DNA of 64,000 nt from Amoebidium appalachense (lineage: Eukaryota > Protista > Ichthyosporea), in contig CAVNZM010000013.1 of the NCBI GenBank assembly GCA_963693365.1, forward strand, positions 7,611,482-7,675,481. The letters run 5' to 3'. A model generated the notes under the pieces. It had not been told where the DNA came from. It did no database searches and was given only the letters and a program-made list of their open reading frames with translations. The position numbers and the translations under genes are program-made. Positions 39,380 through 52,471 of this stretch are shown one piece after another. Position 1 is the stretch's first letter; each line of letters starts with the position of its first letter.

Positions 39380-40700
39380 TCTCGTGCTAGGAAACCAATA
39401 ACGCGAAACTAACACATGCCGCATGATATATGATATATATGGTACAAGGGGGGTTTCAATCCGGGCTACAATGATGTGTTTTTTTCGTGTGACCCTCGTA
39501 CTCCAGAGGCACATTCACCATCCCCCCCATAAACTTTGTGGTAAATTGCTCGTGCTAGAAGCTGTTCTGTGGGTAGTTATTGAAAAAACCAATAATGTCT
39601 AGGTAACACATGTACATATACTATGCTACAAGGGGGGTTCTATACGAGCTACAACGTTGTGGTTTTTCCGTGTGACCCTCGTACTCCAGGGGCACATTCA
39701 CCATCCCCCCCATAAACGTTGTGGTAAATTTCTCGTGCTAGAAGCTGTTCTGTGGGTAGTTATTGAAAAAACCAATTATGTCTAGGTAACACATGTACAT
39801 ATACTATGCTACAAGGGGGGTTATATACGAGCTACAACGTTGTGGTTTTTTCGTGTGACCCTCGTACTCCAGGGGCACATTCACCATCCTCCCCATAAAC
39901 GTTGTGGTAAATTTCTCGTGCTAGAAGCTGTTCTGTGGGTAGTTATTGAAAAAACCAATTATGTCTAGGTAACACATGTACATATACTATGCTACAAGGG
40001 GGGTTCTATACGAGCTACAACGTTGTGGTTTTTTCGTGTGACCCTCGTACTCCAGGGGCACATTCACCATCCCCCCCATAAACTTTGTGGTAAATGTCTC
40101 GTGCTAGAAGCTGTTCTGTGGGTAGTTATTGAAAAAACCAATAATGTGTAAGTAACACATGTACATATATTATGCTACAAGGGGGGTTCTATTCGAGCTA
40201 CAACGTTGTGTTTTTTTCGTGTGACCCTCGTACTCCAGGGGCACATTCACCATCCCCCCATAAACTTTGTGGTAAATTTCTCGTGCTAGAAGCTGTTCTG
40301 TGGGTAGTTATTGAAAAAACCAATAATGTGTAAGTAACACATGTACATATACTATGCTACAAGGGGGGTTCTATTCGAGCTACAACGTTGTGTTTTTTTC
40401 GTGTGGCCCTCGTACTCCAGGGGCACATTTACCATCCCCCCCATAAACGTTGTGGTAAATTTCTCGTGCGAGAAGCTGTTCTGTGGGTAGTTATTGAAAA
40501 AACCAAAAATGCCTAGGTAACACATGGACATATACTATGCTACAAGGGGGGTTCAATACGAGCTACAACGTTGTGTTTTTTTCGTGTGACCCTCGTACTC
40601 CAAGGGCACATTCACCATCCCCCTTATAATTTGTGGTGAATTTATCATGCTAGAAGCTACTCTGTGGGTAGTTAGTGAAAAAACCCGATGCTTATAAGTA
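39380..40700. repeat. ~183-bp satellite, ~7 copies, inside the TIR element
   Basis: GTGTGACCCTCGTACTCCAG recurs at about 39487, 39669, 39853, 40036, 40219, 40401 and 40584 with conserved sequence between copies. Confidence 0.93.
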
Positions 40701-40930
40701 ACGCATGCACAAATTGTCATCATAGCATTATACTACCATAGTAGTTGGTCGACAATAACGATATATTGGGAACGTGGACACCATATTGTAAACCAAAAAA
40801 TAATAACACCATAATATACTACACATACCTAACAATGTATTGTGAATGAATAAAATACTTGCTTACGTGCTGGTAACATACGAGAAACAACTTTCTCTCG
40901 CTCTTTTTTTCATTCTTTTTTGTTTGTTTT

Positions 40931-40977
<47 letters not shown>

Positions 40978-41619
40978 GTGTGTGTGCGTGTGTGTGTGTT
41001 TAAGGGGGGGGGGGGGGGGGGGGGGGGGTCGTTTTGCAGATATATCGACTAGAGTCCCTCATCAGGGGACACATTCACAGTACTTTATTAAGATCGGCCT
41101 TCAAGGCCAAAAAAGCTCAATTTCGAGTAAGATTAGATAGGATTTTATGAGGCCGGCCAGGCCTTAAATACAAAAGGAGAAAAAACAACACACAGCTAAA
41201 CATAGATCTAATATTAGCTAAATCAATCGACACACTGGTACATTGCCTGGAGTAAACAGCATCAATCCCACTGGTACATGTACTGTCATCATCCAACCAA
41301 CACCCGTGTAGTACCTTTGTCAAGCGTTCCTACGATACTACATAAGAGAAGAGAGGGTTATATGTGTACGTGTGTACGTGTGTACTTGTGTACGTGTGTG
41401 TGTGTGTGTGTATGTGTGAGGGAGGGAGGGAGGGAGGGTTGGGAGGGAGGGAGGGGAGGGAGGGAGGGAGGGAGGGGGGAGGGAGGGAGGGAGGGAGGGA
41501 GAGAAAGAGAGAAAGAGAGGGAGTGTGCATGTCTGTATGTGTGTGTGTGTGTGTGTGTGTGTTTGCGTGTGTGTGTGAGTGCATATGTGAGTGTGCATGT
41601 GCATGTGCATGTGCATGTG

Positions 41620-41677
<58 letters not shown>

Positions 41678-42312
41678 GGGAGGGAGGGAGGGAGGGAGGG
41701 AGGGAGGGAGGGAGGGAGGGACGGAGGGAGGGAGGAAGGGATGGTTGGGAGGGAGGGAGGGGGGAGGGAGGGAGGGAGGGAGGGAGAGAAAGAGAGAGAG
41801 ACAGTGTGTGTGTGTGCATATCTGTATGTGTGTGTGTGTGTGCGTGTTTGCGTGTGTGTGTGTGTGTGCATATGTGAGTGTGCATGTGCATGTGTGTGTG
41901 TCTGTGTGTGCATATGTGCATGTGTGTGTGTGTGTGTGTATGCGTGTCTGTGTCTGATGTGTGGATGTCTGTGTATGTTGTGTGTGTGTGTATGTCTGTG
42001 TGTGTGTATGTGCTCAGTTGAAAGGGAAGGGGGGGAGAGGGGGGATGCACCGTGTGTGTGCATGTGTGTACGTGTGTGTGTGTGTGCTCTGTGGAGAGGG
42101 AAGGGGAGGGGGGAAATGCACCGTGTGTGTGCATGTGTGTGTGTGTGTGTGTGTATGTGTGTGTGTGTGTGTATGTGTGTATGTGTGTTGTGTGTTTGTC
42201 TGTGTGTGCATGTCTGTGTGCGTCGTGTGTGGTGTGTGTGTGTATGTGCATGTGCTCGGTGGAGAGGGAAGGGCAAGGGGGGGATTCGTGTCCGTGCATG
42301 TGTGCATGTGTG

Positions 42313-42363
<51 letters not shown>

Positions 42364-42591
42364 ATGTATGTGTGTGTGTATGTGCTCAGTTGAGAGGGAG
42401 GGGGGGGGGGGGGGATGCACCGTGTGTGTGCATGTGTGCACGTGTGTGTGTGTGTGTGCTCTGTGGAGAGGGAAGGGGAGGGGAGGAAATGCACCGTGTG
42501 TGTGCATATGTGTGTGTGTCTCTCTGTATGTGTGTGTGTGTGTGTTGTGTGTTTGTGTGTGTGAGCATGTCTGTGTACGTCGTGTGTGTGT

Positions 42592-42651
<60 letters not shown>

Positions 42652-42776
42652 GGTGTGTGTGTGTGTCCCGGTGTGCATGTGCGTGCGTGTGTGTGAGCGC
42701 ATGTTTTTGCACTGTGTGCGAGCATGTGGATGCCTTGGTGAGAACAAGATTGGACGGTGTCGAATGCTGTGTGTGT

Positions 42777-42813
<37 letters not shown>

Positions 42814-43213
42814 CTGTGTGCGTGTGTGCTTTTTTGGGGGGAAAGGGGGTAGTAAGAGGACAAGAGGGGGGGGGGGGGGGGGGGGGGGTGGTAAAGAGTA
42901 CGAGAGAAAGGGGTAAATTTTCAGACATGTGGAGGCTTGAGCAAAAGCAGGTTAAGTCCATAATGGGTAAAACCGGCGCTGGAACGAGAGGGGAAGGGGG
43001 GGGGGGGGGGGGGGGGGGGTGGATGATGTGTGCATCTGAGGGTGGCAGCCAAAGAAGCAAAGCATCGCAAAGGACATTGGAATAGAGGGACACAGGACCA
43101 AAACAGGATCAATGGGAGAAGAGGGAAAAAAATTAATAGTTAACGGGGAGGGATAAGAAGAAATACTGCAAGTAATCGAGGCGAACAGGTATGGGGGAAC
43201 CGGGCAGGAAGAA

Positions 43214-43245
<32 letters not shown>

Positions 43246-43560
43246 GTGAAGGACGAGAGGGTGGGTCACAAGGACAGAGATTATTCAGTAGAGACTAAGG
43301 CTTCAGCCGGGAAGGGAGGGGGGGGGGGAGGGGGGGAGAGGGAGGGGAGAGGAGGGGTGGGGGGGGTCATAAAAGGACAAGGAAAGGAGGTGATTTCAGC
43401 AACCAGTCGAGGCTTGAACAAGAGTAGGTGAAGTTTGTAACGGTTAGCAAAACTGGTGCTAGAACGAGAGAGGAAACACACAGTGAAACGTAAAAGAGGG
43501 TAGAGAGTTGAGAGGAAGAAGGGGAAGTTTGTGTGTGTGCATGTATGCATGGGTGGGTGG

Positions 43561-43661
<101 letters not shown>

Positions 43662-43852
43662 TGGTTACACTGGCAGCGTCCGTGGTGATGGGTTTGGGGG
43701 GGAAGGGGGTGAGGGGAGTGAGGGATGTTTCGAAGAAAGAAAAGTATTGCAAGGAACAAGGGGGCATAAAGACATAGGACTAAAACAAAATGGAGGGGGA
43801 GGAGGAGGGGGGATGCTGTAAACTTTGATGCGTCTCGGGGACACAAAATTTG

Positions 43853-43930
43853 GCATGGTGGGTTGGGGACTCGAACCTCAATCCTCGCGGCTGCGAGCTG
43901 GGAGCTCTAACCGCTAGGCCAAAAGGTACG
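43853..43930 (-). pseudogene. tRNA-like sequence (tRNA pseudogene or SINE head)
   Basis: A-box-like TGGCCTAGCGGTTAG and B-box GGTTCGAGTCC at tRNA spacing; acceptor and anticodon stems pair poorly. Confidence 0.55.
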
Positions 43931-45560
43931 CGCGCTGTCCAAATGGCTGATCCATCATGCGACTTTTGTTCCATCTCGAGCGATCCAAGTACATAGCGAA
44001 TACAGAGTGGATCTGTATGTAAGGGAGCACGCGAACGGCGCGGAGATGGAGAAGGGGCAAGAAAAGAGAAAAGAGGGTCACGGGAAAAGATAGAGAAGGG
44101 GGAGGGGGGGGGGGGGGGGGGGGGGGGGGATGGGGAAGATGGGGGTAGAAGAGAGAGAGGCACACTTAAAATGATGTGCGAAAAAAAAAAAAGCACTCAC
44201 CGTTACAACAAGTGGCTGTAGCCCTGCACGCACCTATACACCGCCCGGCCAAACGGTTTTCTAGACAGAGCTTTACTGGCTGCCAACGAAATTCCATGCG
44301 TGCGACTTAGTGCAACATCTCTACCAAGCGTGAAAATGAGTACAGAGGAAGAGAGTAAAAGGGTGTGACAAAAATACCCGCGAGGCAAAACATGGAAACA
44401 TAGAAACGTAATTCCGCTGGGTTCACAAGTGACAAAAGGCCTACACCTGTAAACGTGTTTCGGGCCGCCTCACCTTTTGGCCCTAAACTGTGAAGCAACA
44501 AGGGCTACGTAACATTATGATACGCCAGTCTACCCATACGAATTCCACTGGTAAAAAAGATATCTAAATGATACAAAGGTGGTTGTCCAAAATGGCGACA
44601 TATGTATCCAAATACCTATGTGATTTGCGACCAATGGGATCATGTATTTGCTATGGATTTTGCGCAAAACTGTACTGCACGGCCGCGCTTCGGAGCCATA
44701 CGTACAACACTACTAGTACTACTGGTAGTATAGCAGAGAACAGGAGGAATACTAACACGTACTGACGTGTTGCCGCACATGCGACGTTATACATCTACTT
44801 GTGGCGGCTTTGCGGCTTTGCAAAAAAAAAAAAAAAAAAAGAAAAAAAGGGAAGGAAAAAGGAGACACCGCCTCAGTAGGTGGTAGGGAGGAATAGTAGT
44901 GGCTAGTATTCTCTTCCTACTTCCACCTATTCACAGGTGTACGTACAATGACGCGACGCGCACGAAACAGACACCGCTTTGCGGGGATAAACTGCACATA
45001 CAGAACCCTAACACCCATCTTGTAGGCAGGACACTTATCCCAACACCAGTGTTTGTCATCAGCGATGAAGAAGAAACGGCGGCCCCTATCAGGGGCACTA
45101 CGTTCGATGCCAACAAGAGTGTTTTGAGGGAAATGATGAAGCAAGCAGTTGCAAGCTTAATGAGTAGCAGTGATTCAGAAAGGCATGGCTAACAGGTTGT
45201 TCAGCATGCATCCTTTTTTTATTTATTTCATTTTTGTACCTGGCACCTAAACACTTAGGAGATGCATGTAACGTATCCAACGTCATAGTTCAGATTCCAT
45301 ACTTGCCAAAGAAATGGTGATGCCAAAGTAGATGCATGTAAATGATGTTGTGAGAACAGTTCAAAAAACTTATGTGCATCTGCGTGTTCAAACGCGAGTG
45401 TAATAAAAGCGCATCGGGAAACCCAGTGCAGGTAGTCACTTCTTGTGTCAGCCCTCTGCAAGGCCATCTCCAGGCAGGCATACACCTCGATAATCCTCCC
45501 TATCATCGTGGCCTTCTTTCCGTGCATACCCACCTAGCCCTCCGCACCCCCTCCCCCCCT

Positions 45561-45601
<41 letters not shown>

Positions 45602-45772
45602 CACCCCCCCGCACAGATACACACACGCGCGCGCACCCGAACACACACACACACACGCGCGCACGCGCACACACACACGCACACACGCGCACCCACACAC
45701 AAACACACACACGCACACGCACACGCACTTGGAGCGTGACACACGCACACTCGCACCCCCCCCCCCCCCCCC

Positions 45773-45805
<33 letters not shown>

Positions 45806-45941
45806 ATTCCAAACACACACCGTGACACACACACTCACCAAAGGCGGAAAAAAGGGGTCACCCGAGGACTGTCACAGTGCGTGACAGTTGATGTATCATT
45901 GTTGTCTTAATATATATCAGGGTTATCGTTATTGTAAAACC

Positions 45942-46160
45942 ATGGTGAGTATACCACAGTGGACAGCATTTTGGTATATATGTGACACAAATGGGGTACC
46001 TTGTTGTTACCCTTGTTGTTACCCTTGCCACTGAGTGGTACCAATGATGGCAGGGTGGCGAGTATACCACAGTGGACAGCATTTTGGTATATATGTGACA
46101 CAAATGGGGTACCTTGTTGTTACCCTTGTTGTTACCCTCGCCACTGAGTGGTACCACCAT
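45942..46160. repeat. ~118-bp tandem duplication in the subterminal region
   Basis: GAGTATACCACAGTGGACAGCATTTTGG...GCCACTGAGTGGTACCA present twice. Confidence 0.85.
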
Positions 46161-47318
46161 GGCAGGGATAACACAAAGGACAATAGATTGGTAGCAGAGT
46201 GGTATACATGTAAATATCCGTGAGAATACATGTAGGGTACCAGGTTGTTACCCTCGCCGTAGAGTGGTACCACACGGGCATTGATAACAAAAAGGATAAA
46301 AAAGTGGTATACAATAAAGAACCCCAAATGGTATCTCTATTGTTATCACTGCCACTACGGTATCAGCATGTACACAAGTGCGTACGCCAAATATTTAGCC
46401 TTTGACATACACGATGTTACCCAAATGTTATCTAATGTTACCACAGCTATCCCCGTGTAGCATACTGACAGTGTGTAACATTTGTATTATCCTGGCGCCT
46501 CACCCTAGACCTAACCCTCTGACATATAGTAATCTCGGTATGTCCTGATTGGCATAAAATTGGTGTAAAAGTTCAACTTTTTCACACAAACTGCTGTCCC
46601 CCGTTTTTACCCCCCTGACTCAATCCGGGGGATACCACAAGGGTTACAAACGGATGCCCAAAAATACGCAGAATATTGCAATTGCTATCTTATAAGATAC
46701 AAGTATGCTATAGGGTTGGTATATCGGGATTGGTACCCCCGTATGCCTTAATGTCACCATATTGTTACCCTCGCCTATATGTTACAATTGGTACAGATAT
46801 AGTATACACATAATTATACAGTATGTTGTACACTATGGTAGACACAATGTTAACATGGACACTGTGTCACCTTTGGTAACATCTGGGTAACACAATGTAT
46901 AACCTAAGCAGTTATACAGGAATGTACCACTGCCATGATGTTACCAACACGCTATCACGACGTTATCATATTGTACAGGGATAGCATTGAGGTGACGTAT
47001 TGTGTATAATATCGTGTATACAAGGTTACCAGCGTGTATACCATTGTGTCATGGATAACCGTTTGTATACCAATGTCACCCAAAGTAACGGGGGTAGGTT
47101 TGCTGATGTTTGTCCTATTTATGCAAACCTCTTATTGGTTCACTTCGTTTATGTGGTATGCAGCTGAAGAACCATATATGGTTCAATTCTTAGGTCAGAG
47201 TGAGTCCTATTGGTGCGGACATAATATTTATGTGATATTCATGACAAAGCACGAATCGTGTGCTAGTAGATCACATTCTTTAGTAAACATGTACAGTTCA
47301 TGTGTACAGTTGTTTACA

Positions 47319-47931
47319 ACGTCGCGGCGCTTGGCGTGAAGGAGGGGGTTGAACTTGGCCGCAGATTTGGACGTGAACTCGCCCGAGCGCAGGAGGCACG
47401 AGCTGCCAAGCAGCAGGGCAGCCCACAGACGCAGGGCCTCCAATGAAGAGCCCGGTTGGATGACTGGGAGGAGGGCGCGGAGGTCGGCTGGGAGGAGGGG
47501 CTCGAGCACTCGTTTGGGCCGGTGGCTGCCTTCCAGCAGCAGGAAGCGGCCAGCCCCGCGGATAAACCACTGAAGGCTCTGCTGGCCGGAGCCCGCTGGT
47601 GGTGCCATGCCCAAGCTGCGGTGCAGGCTGTTGACGGCGGAGACGATGCTGGGCATGGTCCGGGCTTGCACCGCACGCATGGCGCACCAGGCAAGGAACA
47701 GCTGCACTTGGGCTGGGCAGGCTGGCAGGTAGCCACCATCAGGATTGCGGCAGTCCATTGCGTAGATGAAGTCGATAAACTGGCGCTGGTAGGACGAGTA
47801 GGAGGACTCCGTGCTGTCACCCACTGAGAGCCGAGTGATGGTGCGGGCCACCTCCGGGACACGGGCCAAAACCTCGGGGGTGAACCACTGGGCAAGCCTA
47901 CCATGGTCGCCACCAAAGGGGAGCAAGCCAC
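47319..47931 (-). pseudogene. Tyrosine recombinase, N-terminal half (interrupted by LTR element)
   Basis: ST.SSYSSYQRQFIDF, FLAW, AVNSLH, LWAALLLG..CLLRSGEFT (catalytic R). Ends at KRRDV at the ACGTC TSD. Confidence 0.88.
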
Positions 47932-48621
47932 CTGCAGGGACAGAGCTGTGTGAGCATCATGCCTAGAGTCCCAGGGGGGGGGGGGGGGGGGTAAAGGCAA
48001 CGAGCGGGGTGGGCGGCAGGCAAGCGGGTGCACAGGCAGGCAAACAAGGGGGGGGAGGGGGGGGAGGGGGGCGTAGCTAAAGGGCAGAGGATGCATGCAG
48101 CGCTGGCAGGGAGGGCGGGGGAAGGGGAGGGGGGGGTATGCGCGCACAAGCCGCGGTGTAGGCGTGCGTGTGTGTGCGCTAGTGTGTGGGTGTGTATGAG
48201 CATGTGTGTGTAACACCGAGGTTAAGCATGCACGATCGAACTTCGGGGCGGTGGAGGGGGTGGCAGGGTGGGGTTGGGGGGGTTGGGGGAGGGGAAGGAG
48301 GGGGGGGGGGGGGGGGGGGGGGGGGGCAGGACACGCCACAAGCAGTTGGCACTGCGGGCCAGCACAGAACAAAGAGGCACACCGTGTGTACACCGTAAGA
48401 CCGTAATGTATTGTCCCAAACACTCCACCGGGTGAGTGAGGGAATCCGAGCGAATGCGTGTAGTGGGGGGGGGGGCGGCCCCGGCCGCCACTGCAGAACA
48501 TGAATCGTGCGATATACAAAGTGGGAAGGGGGGAAGGGGGGGTGTCGGTGCCCCCCACAGCCCACACGCCAAGCCCAATACAAAGGCAAAGGAACAGGGG
48601 AGGGGGCTCGGCCCAGCCCCA

Positions 48622-50503
48622 TCACGAGAGAGGGGCAGCAAACCACCCCGCTAGCCACTCAGGCACGGGTGTTGGGACTGGTGCGTGCCACGGGTGCAGC
48701 CGGTCGAAAGTGGCCCACTGTGCCCGCGAGATGGCATCCGCAATCGAGTTTTCCACGCCAGGGATGTGCTTGGCCGAGACCAGCACCGTGTAGCGCATTT
48801 CCATCAGCGTGATGAGACGCAGCACCCGGGCAATGGCAGGGACGGGGGAGTGACGGGACGCGATCGTAGGTACTGCACCGTCGTTATCGGTGAGCACGCG
48901 TATGTGGCTGTTGCGACAGCTGGGACCCCAACAGGCCAGGGCCACGGCAATGCCAGCCAGCTCAAACAGCACGGAAGCCCACACATCTCCGCCAGCAATG
49001 ACCGTGCGCCAATGGTCCGTCCATGCTAGGTGAAACCACGCTTGACCCCAGTAGCCACCGCATCCTATGCTGCCGGCCGCATCTGTGGTGAACATGTGAT
49101 GCACGGGGGGGGGTAAGCACACGTATGCCGTTCCACTCGGGGAGGAACTCCGACCACAGCACAACGTCGGCTCGTGCGTCGGCGCAGACACGGATGTGGT
49201 GGTGGGGCCCTAGGCCGGCCCTCTCAGCCTCCGCCAGCAGATGAAGCAAGCGTTGAAGAAAGGCACGGGCACGCCCCAGCGCCACAACCTGAGCACACCA
49301 CATGAGCTTGCCGCACAGGGACCGTAGGTCTCGAACAGTGGCCTTGGTGCGACCCCGCCAATCGGCTAGCAGGGCCCGGAGCTCGGTCAGCTTGACGGCA
49401 GGTAAGCGGGCCTCCATGCGCAGAGTGTCCCACTCGAGCCCAGAGTAGATGAGCGTGTGTGAGGGCAGCTGCACTTTGTCGTCGGCAAGCGTAACACCCA
49501 CCTTCGAGCACACCCACCGAAACACCAGCATGTTGAAGGCGCACTCTTGCAGCGTATGGCCGCCGAAAAAGAAGTCGTCCACAAAATGCTGTGTCTCTGT
49601 GGCGTTGAGGGCGTGGGCGAAGTGCTGCAGGGCCTGAGCTATGCGTTCCCAGAACGCTGGGCTGGACCGCAAGCCAAACGGTAGGCGGGTCTCCACATCG
49701 AACGCGCCTAGCAGCTGGAACGACAGCAGTGGCTGGTCGTCTGGGTGCACCGGGCCGTGACGAAAGGCACCCTTCACGTCGTATGCCCCGAGGAAGCAGC
49801 CCTGGCCGAGCCGAGCTACTGTTTGCATCACCGTGCGGATGGTGATGTACTCCAGCTGATCCGGGTAATCGACCCCATCGTTGATACTGGAGCCACGCGG
49901 GAAGGAAAGGTCGTGGATGCGGCGGACGCCCGTGCCGCCCTTTTTGGGAACTGCCCCGAGGGGCGAGGATACAAAATAAGGATAAAGGGCCACCATCTCG
50001 TCGCGGGTGAAGGGGCCCAGGATGTGGCCGCATGCCACTTCCTTCGCAATGTCGGCTGCAAGCTGCTCACGGGCCGCCAGCGCGGACGGGTGGTTTCGGC
50101 CCACCCGGGTGACCCGCTCGCCGAAGTAACCGACCGAGAAGCCCAGCTCTAAGTCGCGGAGCAGAGCCTGCTGAAACGCAATGTCGGGGTGCGGAAACAA
50201 CTCAAACAAACGGCGGAAGTTGGGGACAGATACGGTCTGTGGTGGTGCCGCTGGGGGGGGTGACCATGGGCCCCGCAGGGCAACGGAGAGGGCAGGCCCA
50301 GCGCTGACGTCAGCCCCTGCCCGAAAGGGGGCTGGGCCCCCTAAGCCGGGTTGGCCCCCCCTTCCCCCGCCCCGTTGGCTGGGTTGGGAGGGCAGGCGTG
50401 TGCGCTGTGCGCCGCTGAGCCGCACTTCAGGCAGGCGTGCTTGTAGCGGCAAGGGTTGGGTCCCTTCCTGGTGCAGCCCTTGGCCGTGTTGAAGCCCCGG
50501 CAT
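48622..50503 (-). CDS. DIRS/Ngaro reverse transcriptase-RNase H; one frameshift at the G9 run 49105-49113
   Basis: RT motifs SSPLGAVPKK, RRIHDLSFP..SIND, YDVKGAFR, RLPFGLRSSP, HFVDDFFF. RNase H motifs FTTDAAG, FELAGI, TDN, HIPGVENSIADAISR in the shifted frame. Overlaps the gag 3' end. Confidence 0.92.
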
Positions 50504-51401
50504 ATCTCATCCGCAGCAGGGGCCGGGCTGGCGCGAGGGCTGGCTGTGGCCCCCCCAGAGGCAGGCTGCCGGGGTGTGCGGGGAGCGGTGGGTGCCTGGT
50601 GCAGGCGGGCACCAGACAGGGACACGGCCAGCTGCACAGCGTCGGGTGCGTCGAGTGGGCGGCCAGAGGCAGCGCACGACCGGCGGTGTGCATCCTCCCA
50701 GCGCATGATGGCAGCCCACTGGTACTCGGGTGCCAACTCAGTGGCCACAAACTCGGCGTGGGCCAGCAGGGCCGTGACGGGGGCGTTGGCGTTGATGCGT
50801 AGGCGTAGCAGCTGCAAGATGCAGCGCAGGTAGGTCTGCAGGTCCGGGCACAGGGCGGGCTGGCGCTGGGTGCCAGGCGTCTGCAGCACAACCGTGCCAG
50901 CAGGCAGGCCAGGCAGGGAAACCGGCTGGCGCTGCGTGTGGACAGAAGAGCCCGTGGGCGGCAGCAGGTCGAGTAAAGCGAAATGCTGCATAGGCTCGAA
51001 GATGGCAGCCCCCTGGACCTCCGGGGACAGGTGGGGGCAGGGTGGGTTCGACTGGCTGCGCTGGCTGGCCCCCCAAACGGCCAGTTGCAGGGCATTGGGC
51101 GGCGGAGGCAGCTGGTGCATGTCGCCGCCCTGAGGGTCCTCCTCACGGGGGCGCTTGTTGGCGTTGCCGGGGGGTTGCTCTACAGCATCCACGGCCCCCG
51201 CCGCAGCGGCAGGGGGCCCCGTGACAGGGGGGTTCCTACCGGTTCCGCCCCCGCCAAGGTTGACGAGGTGGGGGAAGGCGCGCAGGAGAAGATCTTGCTG
51301 GGAAGGGGGGGCCGGGCTGGCCTGCAGGGCCTGACGGGTCGCGTTGGCCACCTCAGAAGCAAACATGCGAATGGTCGCTGCCAGCTCAGGGGTCAGGGCA
51401 A

Positions 51402-51449
<48 letters not shown>

Positions 51450-51522
51450 CGTCCTGCACAGGAGGGCGCGCCTCCTGCCCTGCCTGTGCTGCAGGGCCAT
51501 TGTCTGTTGGGTCTACTTCCAT
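50341..51522 (-). CDS. DIRS/Ngaro Gag-like ORF1 with polyQ tract and C-terminal Cys/His finger
   Basis: ATG (MEVDPTD) lies just after repeat A1. Contains Y.WAAIMRWEDAHRR and ICRGFNTAKGCTRKGPNPCRYKHACLKCGSAAHSAHACP. Confidence 0.85.
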
Positions 51523-52035
51523 ACTTGAGCCGCCGTGTGCTAGCCACCGAAAACGCAATCGTGCTAACAAAAACCGTACGTGCAGCACACGGCGAAAACG
51601 AAGGTGGCCTGCATCTGCAGTGTGCTGCGCCGGAAATACCGGCGCTGGTGGCGCCTGACGTCAGGCGCTGCGCCAGACCGATGTCAGCCGCCGCTGCGGC
51701 TGCGCCTGGCGCCGCGGCCCGTGACGTCATGGGCCGCCCGGCTGCCTGCGCCCGAAGTGATCCGTGAAACATCTTTCATCTGCTGCGCATATGAAACGTA
51801 CATGGCGTGTGTGGCTCACCAGCAGACAAACAGACGCAATATAAAATAGAAGAGTTGTCATTTAAAAACACGCTAAAATTTTGCGTTCGCGCTTTTAATC
51901 ATTTGAAATATAATCATACACCATTAATCTGGGTTTACTTATCGCCACGACGCCATCCCTCGTCATCTATTGCTTCATCCGACTGTATACCCGGCGTGCA
52001 GCCCCACATGTAGGCCTACGTGACAAACTTGGGGA

Positions 52036-52070
<35 letters not shown>

Positions 52071-52295
52071 TAATCCCACCCAGTGCGCATCTCCCCCCCC
52101 CCCCCCCCCCCCCCCCGCTCCGCCACCATTTCCCCGGGCCCTTCCCCCCCCCCCCCCCCCCCCCCCCCCCCTTCCCCCCCTTCCAGCAGCTAGCACCCGC
52201 GCTTCTCTCCCTACCCCTGCCGCAAATTCATGGTTCTAACCATCAGTGAACCCATTTTCTTGTGCTCTGACAATTGTCTCTCTCTCACCCCCCCC

Positions 52296-52367
<72 letters not shown>

Positions 52368-52382
52368 TCTCTCTCTCTCTCT

Positions 52383-52429
<47 letters not shown>

Positions 52430-52431
52430 GC

Positions 52432-52471
<40 letters not shown>

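Noticed and set aside
39380-40700. Possible CRISPR-like array
   Set aside because: Whole units are repeated with no unique spacers, no cas genes are present, and the context is eukaryotic.
41278-43085. 370-500-aa His/Thr or Cys/Val ORFs, and many similar ORFs elsewhere
   Set aside because: Translations of (CA/GT)n, (GA)n and poly-G/C microsatellites.
43853-43930. Functional tRNA-Ala(CGC)
   Set aside because: Acceptor and anticodon stems do not pair; kept only as tRNA-like.
44199-44322. Exon-like segment with a strong GTGAGT donor
   Set aside because: All three frames contain stops between the apparent acceptor and the donor.
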